Shown here: positions 36,807-43,511 of the stretch, piece by piece
How positions within the stretch are numbered: the first letter of the stretch is position 1
Layout of the letters: each line of letters begins with the position of its first letter
Origin: an uncultured Anaerolineae bacterium
GTDB taxonomy: Bacteria > Chloroflexota > Anaerolineae > Aggregatilineales > Phototrophicaceae
Direction of reading: 5' to 3'
NCBI GenBank assembly: GCA_938022205.1
Contig: CALIEB010000016.1
Location: 4,213-68,212, forward strand
DNA: 64,000 bases
Notes under the pieces: generated by a model
Seen by the model: the letters and a program-made list of their open reading frames with translations, nothing else
What the model was told of the DNA's origin: nothing
Databases searched by the model: none
Position numbers and translations under genes: made by a program

Positions 36807-38314
36807 ATGAGAAAATCTCCTATTTGGTCGACGCGCTCATAGTTCGCCATGAGCCAATTGTTAAGGTCTTCATCATCCTGTAATAACGTGTGGGAGTCGG
36901 CGTGATAGCTGGTGACCCAAGGCATAAAGTCATCTTGCAGCACCAGCGCATAGGGTGGCATTGCCGCCCAAAGCGTCTGCACGTTTTCAGTCCGCCACGC
37001 AGACGGATACCAAGGGGCGACCAGCGGAAACTGGGCTTGAAAGCGCGTGGCGGGTCGCCAGCCGCCCATGAAGGCGATTTCCGGGCGAAAGCCGTAGACA
37101 AACAGCGTGTCGCCGCGTGCGACGCGCGCTTGCAAGTACTCCACCACTTGCAAGGACTCCCACGCTTTGAAGTCGTTGGCTTGAAAGTGACGATAGTAGG
37201 CGACGCGATCTTGCTGCCCCGCTAAATAGGGCAAGGCGGGCAACCACGTCGTGACGAACAACACGGACAGCACGCTCGCTAGCAGCGTGCCGCGCACTAG
37301 CACCGGCGTGACAGCGAGCGCGCGGCGCAAGCTGTCGCCTGCTAGCAACGCCAGCGGCGGCACAAGCGGAAGCCAATGCGTGTCAAAGCCCAGCCGCTGC
37401 ACGACGGCGAACGCCAGCGCGCCCAACAGCCAAAACCCTATCAAGCGCAGGGTGGGCGCGGGTGTGGGCAGGCGTATCGCAAGGCGCAGCGGCAGCCAAG
37501 CCACCGCCGCCAGCAACAGCACGCCCCACTGTTCCCAACGGAAGCGCAGGTAGTTGCCCATTGCGGCAAAAAAGGCTTCCCACGTGGCGTTTTGCGCGTT
37601 GTAGGCAGCTGTTCCCGCCGCCACGATGAGCATTTCGTCCCACATGCCGCTGGCGACGCTGAAGACCCACATGCTGCCCGCGCTGGCTGTTCCGCCCAGT
37701 GCGAATGCCGCCGCCTCTTTCAGCGGCAGGGCGCGTCGTGTGGCGATGTGATGCAGGACGAACGCCGCCACGACGAACGCCTGCTGCGGCTTGAACCACA
37801 GCAGTACGCCCGCTAAAAAGCCCGCCAGTGCGCTGAACGCTAGCGCGGCACGGCTGGCGCGGGGCTTTGCGCCCGCCGCCCATGTTGCGCATGCGGCGGC
37901 GATGGTCGGCACGGTGACCAGCGAGTCGTTTTGTGATAAGCTGGCGAAGGTTTCGTTGAGGATGAACACGCCGTAAAAGAGCGCGCCCCACACGCCTATG
38001 CCCGCGCGCTGCCCCAGCCATGCTAGCCCAACCATGCCGCACGGCACGAGCAGCAAATCGAGCGCGCGCACGCTGGCGGTGCTTTCGCCGAACAACGCCA
38101 AGGCAGCAGCGTAGAGATAGTAAATAGGCGGGGGTTTGATGTCCCACATGTCGAGGTAGGGCGTGCCGCCGTTGAGGATGCTGCGGGCGATGTTGCCGTA
38201 CATGGCTTGGTCGCGCCCCAGTGGATAGAGCAGGATGGGCAGCGCGCCCAAGACTACCACGCCAATCAGCAGCGCGAGGCGCAGCGCAGGCGAACGCAAC
38301 AGGTCGACGCGCAT
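36791..38314 (-). CDS. GT-C-fold membrane glycosyltransferase-like protein (paralogue 6, PMT_2/ArnT-like)
   Basis: 507 aa polytopic protein. The first loop GRDQAMYGNIARSILNGGTPYLDMWDIKPPPIYYLY fits the ArnT/PMT_2 pattern. Confidence 0.75.
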   Translation of the reverse strand: MRVDLLRSPALRLALLIGVVVLGALPILLYPLGRDQAMYGNIARSILNGGTPYLDMWDIKPPPIYYLYAAALALFGESTASVRALDLLLVPCGMVGLAWLGQRAGIGVWGALFYGVFILNETFASLSQNDSLVTVPTIAAACATWAAGAKPRASRAALAFSALAGFLAGVLLWFKPQQAFVVAAFVLHHIATRRALPLKEAAAFALGGTASAGSMWVFSVASGMWDEMLIVAAGTAAYNAQNATWEAFFAAMGNYLRFRWEQWGVLLLAAVAWLPLRLAIRLPTPAPTLRLIGFWLLGALAFAVVQRLGFDTHWLPLVPPLALLAGDSLRRALAVTPVLVRGTLLASVLSVLFVTTWLPALPYLAGQQDRVAYYRHFQANDFKAWESLQVVEYLQARVARGDTLFVYGFRPEIAFMGGWRPATRFQAQFPLVAPWYPSAWRTENVQTLWAAMPPYALVLQDDFMPWVTSYHADSHTLLQDDEDLNNWLMANYERVDQIGDFLIWRRK

Positions 38315-38317
38315 AGG

Positions 38318-38632
38318 CTAAAGCACACCGCTTGCCCACGCGATAGCAAGCGCAATTAGCAGCGACGCGCCCAGCACCATCCACGCGACTAGCCGTCCAC
38401 TGGCTTGTAAGGGGTTTAGCGCGCTTTCGCTGAAGCTCACCTCACCCAGCAGGTCACACGCCACGTCGAGGTTGACGCTGCCTTTGCTGAGACGCACGAA
38501 ATAGTCGCTTTGATGCACGACCTCCCAGCCGCCGTCGCCGTCCCAGTCCGCGCCCAAGCGTGCGACAATGGCGCGCTGGATAGCAGCACGGGCGGCTTGA
38601 GGGCTGATGATGTCCGGTTCTGGCGTGGTCAT
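38318..38632 (-). CDS. Hypothetical protein with C-terminal TM anchor (104 aa)
   Basis: The ORF ends 3 nt before the GT-C paralogue 6 start. It has a soluble N-terminal part and C-terminal helix LVAWMVLGASLLIALAIAWA. No SD is present. A TATAAT lies about 39 nt upstream on the minus strand. Confidence 0.5.
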   Translation of the reverse strand: MTTPEPDIISPQAARAAIQRAIVARLGADWDGDGGWEVVHQSDYFVRLSKGSVNLDVACDLLGEVSFSESALNPLQASGRLVAWMVLGASLLIALAIAWASGVL

Positions 38633-38819
38633 AGATGGTGTGTTTGCTGATGGGTACGTCGGCGCGTTATTATACGCTTAGTCGTCACGCCTGCGTAGGG
38701 CAAAAGCGCGCCGCTAACCTGACGCTTTCCCACCGAATTATGAGAATATAGTGACGAAATCGCGTTTCTATGCTACACTGTGTCGGAACACCTAGTATGA
38801 GTTCTCAAGGAGGCTTACC

Positions 38820-39065
38820 TTGCATCACGTACAAAAGCTGCAACCTTGCGCCCGTTGTGAACAAGAACTACCAGAAGCCTGTTTTGAATCCCCCGAAGCC
38901 GTCTTTTGTCGGCGGTGTAACGAAGAAGCCAATGCCTTACTCCGCAAAAAGTACAACCTCATCAAGAACGCTCATCTACGCGCCCAACTACGCTACTCAA
39001 CCCGCCAGCTTCAACAAAAACTCGCCTCTGCACGCCGCCCGATGGTAGCTGCCGCCGGCGATTAA
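38820..39065 (+). CDS. Small zinc-ribbon-like protein (81 aa)
   Basis: A strong SD AAGGAGG (38807-38813) lies 6 nt before TTG 38820. Cys pairs CARC...CRRC are followed by a basic helical tail. A terminator follows the gene. It sits in a locally AT-richer stretch. Confidence 0.55.
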   Translation: MHHVQKLQPCARCEQELPEACFESPEAVFCRRCNEEANALLRKKYNLIKNAHLRAQLRYSTRQLQQKLASARRPMVAAAGD

Positions 39066-39098
39066 CCCAACGTTTTGACAACTGCATCGCATGACAAC

Positions 39099-39120
39099 AA
39101 AAAGCGCACTCGCGCTTTTT
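39099..39120 (+). terminator. Rho-independent (potentially bidirectional) terminator
   Basis: AAAAAGCGC-actc-GCGCTTTTT is a perfect 9-bp stem with A5/T5 flanks. It lies 34 nt after the Zn-ribbon gene stop. Confidence 0.65.
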
Positions 39121-39194
39121 GTGTGCTTGTCACCCTTTTGTAAGGCTTTTTCGGCATTGTCAAGGCATCTGACCTTAGCTTTAGGAGATAGCCT

Positions 39195-40331
39195 GTGTGT
39201 CGTCTGTTGGGGATGATGATGATGCTGTTGGGATTGGTTGCGTCGTGGGCTTGGGCGCAGTCGGGCGACTGTATGCCGCGCCCGTCGTGGCAATTTGACT
39301 GGGGTATGACCGACTTTTGCAACAGCTCGGTCGATTTTAGCGAGATTATCGCCGGTGGTCCGCCTAAGGACGGCATTCCCGCCCTGACTGACCCTAAACT
39401 CGAGAGCATCGCACAAGCGCAAACGTGGCTAGGTGAGCGCGCCCCTGTGATTGCTGTCGAAATCAACGGCGAAGCGCGTGCCTATCCGCAGGCAGTGCTG
39501 ACGTGGCACGAAATCGCCAACGACACGCTGGGCGGCGTGCCGATTGCCGTGACGTTCTGCCCGCTGTGTAACAGCAGCCTTGTGTTTGACCGCCGCGTGG
39601 GCGATGCCGTGTTGGCGTTTGGCGTGTCGGGCTTGCTGCGCAACAGCGACATGGTGATGTACGATCGTCAGACGGAAAGCTGGTGGCAACAGTTCAGCGG
39701 TGAGGGCATCGTCGGCGTGTACAACGGCACGCGGCTTGAGGTCATTCCGTCACAAGTGATGGGCTTTGCCCAGTTCGCCGCGCGCTACCCTGAGGGCTTG
39801 GTTGTCTCGCGCGAGACGGGCTTCTCGCGTCGTTATGGCGTGAACCCCTACGAGGGCTACGACAGCGCGCCCTTTCCTTTCTTGTATCGCGGCGAGCTGG
39901 ACAAACGTTTGCCGGCTATGGAGCGCGTGCTGGCGGGCGTGTTCGGTGACACGGCACAAGCGTACCCCTTCAGTGTGTTGAGCGCGCAGCGTGTCATTAA
40001 CGACACGCTGGATGGGCAGCCCGTTGTGGCGTTTTGGCAGGCAGGCGTTGCCAGCGCGCTGGACACGCGCACGCTCGACGACGGCGCGGAGATTGGCACG
40101 GCGGGGCTGTTTGCGCGCACGCTCGATGACGGGCGCGTGCTGACCTTTGCGCTAGACGCGGCGGGTGCGTTTGTCGACAAGGAGACGCAAAGCACGTGGG
40201 ATGCCTTTGGTTACGCGGTGGCGGGGGAATTGGCGGGCGCACGCCTGCAGCTGCTACGTGCTGCGCCACACTTTTGGTTTGCGTGGGTTGCTTTTCAACC
40301 GAATACGAGCGTTTTTGGGCAAGACGAGTGA
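39195..40331 (+). CDS. DUF3179 domain-containing protein (copy 1), secreted/anchored
   Basis: GTG start with TAGGAGAT upstream and a signal-like N-terminus MMMMLLGLVASWAWAQ. DUF3179 hallmarks are present: PPKDGIPALTDPK, ARAYPQAVLTWHEIANDTLGGVPIAVTFCPLCNS and ESWWQQFSGEGIVG. Confidence 0.8.
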   Translation: MCRLLGMMMMLLGLVASWAWAQSGDCMPRPSWQFDWGMTDFCNSSVDFSEIIAGGPPKDGIPALTDPKLESIAQAQTWLGERAPVIAVEINGEARAYPQAVLTWHEIANDTLGGVPIAVTFCPLCNSSLVFDRRVGDAVLAFGVSGLLRNSDMVMYDRQTESWWQQFSGEGIVGVYNGTRLEVIPSQVMGFAQFAARYPEGLVVSRETGFSRRYGVNPYEGYDSAPFPFLYRGELDKRLPAMERVLAGVFGDTAQAYPFSVLSAQRVINDTLDGQPVVAFWQAGVASALDTRTLDDGAEIGTAGLFARTLDDGRVLTFALDAAGAFVDKETQSTWDAFGYAVAGELAGARLQLLRAAPHFWFAWVAFQPNTSVFGQDE

Positions 40332-41452
40332 GGAAAGCGCGACGTTTTTCAGGCATTTCGGCACTGCTGGGTGCGCTGGGCGTGTTCGTCGCGGCAGGCG
40401 TGTGGCTGTCGCAGCACATGAGTTCCGCTCCTGATGGCACGGCGTGGCACACGGACTTTAGCAAAGCCGCCGTGCCAATGTCGGAGTTTATGGAGATGGG
40501 TGGACGCGAGAGCATCCAGCCTATCGACGCGCCGCGTTTTGTGCGCGCCGACAGCGTCACATGGCTGGGCAGCCGCTCGCCGGTGATTGCCGTCACGCGC
40601 GGCGACGTGGCGCGCGCTTATCCGCTCGGCGTGCTGATGCAGCACTTGGTCGTTAACGACATGCTCGGCGACCTGCCGATTGCTGTGACATTTTGCCCGC
40701 TGTGCAACAGTCCGATGGTTTTTAGTCGGCGTGTGGGCAACGTGACGCTGCGCTTCGGCGCGTCGGGCACGCTGCGCAACAATGGCTTCATCATGTGGGA
40801 CACGCAAAGCGAAAGCTGGTGGCAGCAGTTCACCGGCGAGGCCCTGGTCGGCGCGTACACCGGCACGCGGCTGACCATCATCCCATCACAGGTGGTGGGA
40901 TGGCAAACCTTCGTGACGCGCTATCCCGATGGGCAGGTGCTGACGGGTGAAGAGGGCAGAGCTTACGGGCGCAACCCCTACATTGGCTACGACAGCCACC
41001 CACAGCCCATGCTCTACGTGCAAGCCAGCGACACGCGCCTGTTCGCCACCGAGCGCGTGCTGGCGGGGGTGGTCAACGGGCAACCGGTTGCCTACCCGTT
41101 TAGCCTGCTGAGCAAGCGCGCCGTCCTTAACGACAACGTTGGCACGCAGCCGGTCGTTGCTTTCTGGCAGCGCGGTGCGGCGAGCGCGCAAGATAACGTG
41201 AGCATCGACCACTCGCGCGATGTGGGCATGGCGGCACTGTTCAGCCGCCAAGTCGGCGAGTTGCGCCTGACGTTTCGCTACGAGATGGACGGCATGTTCC
41301 ACGACAACGAAACCGACAGCGCGTGGAATATCTTTGGTGAGTGTGTGGCAGGCGATTTGCGCGGCACGTTGCTCGCGCCGCTGCCCGCTTACCCGTACTT
41401 CTGGTTTGCGTGGTCAACGACCTACCCCGACACGCTGCTCTACACGCCCTAA
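40328..41452 (+). CDS. DUF3179 domain-containing protein (copy 2), membrane anchored
   Basis: In-frame with ORF 40196..41452. I chose GTG 40328 because it overlaps the upstream stop (GTGA) and precedes anchor ISALLGALGVFVAAGVWL. The hallmarks match copy 1: ARAYPLGVLMQHLVVNDMLGDLPIAVTFCPLCNS and ESWWQQFTGEALVG. Confidence 0.8.
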   Translation: MRKARRFSGISALLGALGVFVAAGVWLSQHMSSAPDGTAWHTDFSKAAVPMSEFMEMGGRESIQPIDAPRFVRADSVTWLGSRSPVIAVTRGDVARAYPLGVLMQHLVVNDMLGDLPIAVTFCPLCNSPMVFSRRVGNVTLRFGASGTLRNNGFIMWDTQSESWWQQFTGEALVGAYTGTRLTIIPSQVVGWQTFVTRYPDGQVLTGEEGRAYGRNPYIGYDSHPQPMLYVQASDTRLFATERVLAGVVNGQPVAYPFSLLSKRAVLNDNVGTQPVVAFWQRGAASAQDNVSIDHSRDVGMAALFSRQVGELRLTFRYEMDGMFHDNETDSAWNIFGECVAGDLRGTLLAPLPAYPYFWFAWSTTYPDTLLYTP

Positions 41453-42756
41453 GGCGCGGGGGTTTCCGTCGCTTCGGAGCTGGGCGGGGTGGGCGTGACC
41501 AACACGGGCTGGTCAATGGGGCGCGTACAGGCGTAATAGGGATAGTTCCTGCCCAGCAGCACCTTGTAATCGTACTGGCGGGCGGGGTCTGGCTCGCGGC
41601 GCACGCCTTGTGGTGTGGTTGCCAATGCCGATAGGATGCGGTCGATGGGGTTGCCTTTCTCCAAGCCGGTGTAGTCGATGACGAGGTTGAAGCGACGCGA
41701 GCCAACAGGCTCTTCGACAATCACCGTGCGAAAGCCTTCTAGCTCCAGCCGGTCCGCCGCAAGGCGCGCCATGCCGTTCACGCCTGTGCCGTTGACCACC
41801 GCCACCAGCGGACGCTGCATCTCAAGACGGCTGGTCGGCGGCGCGACCACGTCACGCATCAAACGCGCGATAGCGTCGCGGTTGGGGATGAGAATAAAGC
41901 GGCGGTCAGCGTCGGGCGTGTAACCGTTTTCGACCTCTTGTTTGAGCTTGAACGTGTAGTAGTCGAGGTCGGCGGTCGTCATCTTCACCACGCTCGGCAG
42001 CAGCGACAACGCCACCTCAAGCGGCATGTCCGTTTGCACGCTGCGCTCCCACGCCTGCCAGAGCGCGGGCAAGTCGTTGAGCAAGCCACGCGCTTGGATG
42101 CGCCGCCACAAGGCGCGCAGCACATCTTGCTGGCGACGGCTGCGGTCAAAGTCGCTGGTGGTGCGGCGGCTGCGCACGTACCACAGCGCGGTATGCCCGT
42201 CTAGATGGTGATAGCCGCGCTCCAGCGTGAACAGCTCATAGCTTTCTTCGGCGTAAATGTCGGCATCGGGCGTTTTCAACTTCCAATCCTGCAGCGCACA
42301 ATCGACGGTGATGTCAATGCCGCCCAGCGCGTCGATAAGCCGCACGAAGCCGGTGAAATTAACCCGCGCCGTGTAATCGACCTGCACGCCCAAGTTATAC
42401 AGCACGGCGGCTTTGAGCGCGTCGATGCCCGTGATGCCGTCGCTTAGGTTGCGCTCGCCAAAGTAATACGCCTGATTGAGCTTCGCCATCATGTCAAAGC
42501 TGGGCAGGTAGACATACAAGTCGCGCGGCAGGCTGACAATCGCGGCGCGCTGATGCGTGCGGTCGAACGACAGCAGCAGCAAGGCATCCGTGAGCCCGGC
42601 GGCTTCCATGCTGTAGGTTGCCGTGCCAATCAGCAGCAGGTTGAGGACCTCGCGCCCGCTCGTGTCCACCAGCGGCATGGGGTCGGGAATGGTCGGCTGC
42701 GCCCACGCCGTCAGCACGACCAGCGCGCACAGCGTCGTTGTTATTGCGCGTTTCAT
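41449..42756 (-). CDS. LytR-CpsA-Psr (LCP) family protein with LytR_C domain
   Basis: Signal/anchor MKRAITTTLCALVVLTAWA. The LCP core reads NLLLIGTATY...TDALLLLSFD...AAIVSLPRDLYVYLP...KLNQAYYFG. The C-terminal LytR_C-like part reads VAVVNGTGVNGMARLAADRLELEGF. I prefer ATG 42756 over the track TTG at 42765. Confidence 0.85.
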   Translation of the reverse strand: MKRAITTTLCALVVLTAWAQPTIPDPMPLVDTSGREVLNLLLIGTATYSMEAAGLTDALLLLSFDRTHQRAAIVSLPRDLYVYLPSFDMMAKLNQAYYFGERNLSDGITGIDALKAAVLYNLGVQVDYTARVNFTGFVRLIDALGGIDITVDCALQDWKLKTPDADIYAEESYELFTLERGYHHLDGHTALWYVRSRRTTSDFDRSRRQQDVLRALWRRIQARGLLNDLPALWQAWERSVQTDMPLEVALSLLPSVVKMTTADLDYYTFKLKQEVENGYTPDADRRFILIPNRDAIARLMRDVVAPPTSRLEMQRPLVAVVNGTGVNGMARLAADRLELEGFRTVIVEEPVGSRRFNLVIDYTGLEKGNPIDRILSALATTPQGVRREPDPARQYDYKVLLGRNYPYYACTRPIDQPVLVTPTPPSSEATETPAP

Positions 42757-42769
42757 GGCGTGCAATGGC

Positions 42770-43453
42770 TTAAGGTGTCGGCGTAGCGGTTAAGGCGGCG
42801 GCGGTCATCGCGGCGGCGGTGGCGATGGCTTGCTGCGTCGCGCTTACGCTCTTTGGAATGGCGGTCGCTGTTTGCAGCAGATAAATCAAAAAGCGCGTCG
42901 GCACCGCGTCGACCGTCGCGTCAAATGTCAGCGCGTCCTGCGTATTGCGCGGCATCCACTGCTCGAGTGTTGGCATGGCGTAGAACTGAATTTGCTGCTC
43001 GGCGAAGGCGTTTTGGGTGGCGAACTCGTCAATCGGAAAGGCGACGCGCCCGCTGCTGATGCTCCACAAGGCAACGCCGAACATCAGCACAATGGCGACC
43101 ATCAACCAACCCAGCAGCAGGCGACTACGCTGCAGGCGCGCCCGCCCCAAATCGGCACGGTTGAGATAGGCGACGATGCGCTTGGCGTTCAGGTCTTTGG
43201 CGATGTCCAGCGGCGGCAGTTCCCCCAAGCCCGACGGAACAGGCGTGTTATCTAGTTTCAGCACGGCGATGTGCGTGCCTTGCGCTTTTGCCTGGGCAAC
43301 GGCGGCTTGCACGGTTTCATCCGCCATGCTGACGCGGCTGGCTAGCACAATCAGCAGCGGCTGCTCCAACGCGAGGTCGGTGGCGTTCGCCAGCAGGTCG
43401 CGCAGGGCATTGGCTTTGTCGGTATCTTGGGTGGCGAAGGTGATGTTGAGCAT
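42770..43453 (-). CDS. Membrane protein with a degenerate TIR-like N-terminal domain
   Basis: 227 aa. The N-terminus MLNITFATQDTDKANALRDLL...LLIVLASRVSMADETVQAAV...HIAVLKLDNTPVP parallels, by eye, DVFLSYSRRDSDFVRRLH...FVFVISPDSLASPICHFEIAHAI...LVPVLRG of the 60644 TIR protein. One TM helix LLLGWLMVAIVLMFGVALW is present. The CDS is likely. The domain call is weak. Confidence 0.5.
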   Translation of the reverse strand: MLNITFATQDTDKANALRDLLANATDLALEQPLLIVLASRVSMADETVQAAVAQAKAQGTHIAVLKLDNTPVPSGLGELPPLDIAKDLNAKRIVAYLNRADLGRARLQRSRLLLGWLMVAIVLMFGVALWSISSGRVAFPIDEFATQNAFAEQQIQFYAMPTLEQWMPRNTQDALTFDATVDAVPTRFLIYLLQTATAIPKSVSATQQAIATAAAMTAAALTATPTP

Positions 43454-43511
43454 GAGTTCTCTCTCTTGCGTGTGAATAATTTTGCTGAGCGGACATGGCG
43501 CACCATGCCTG

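Noticed and set aside
37383-38384. 333-aa alternative-frame ORF over GT-C paralogue 6
   Set aside because: It is an Arg/Ala/Gly-rich, non-protein-like sequence that overlaps two well-supported genes.
40196-40327. Upstream extension of the second DUF3179 ORF
   Set aside because: It overlaps the 3' end of DUF3179 copy 1 in another frame. GTG 40328, overlapping the stop, gives a normal signal anchor.
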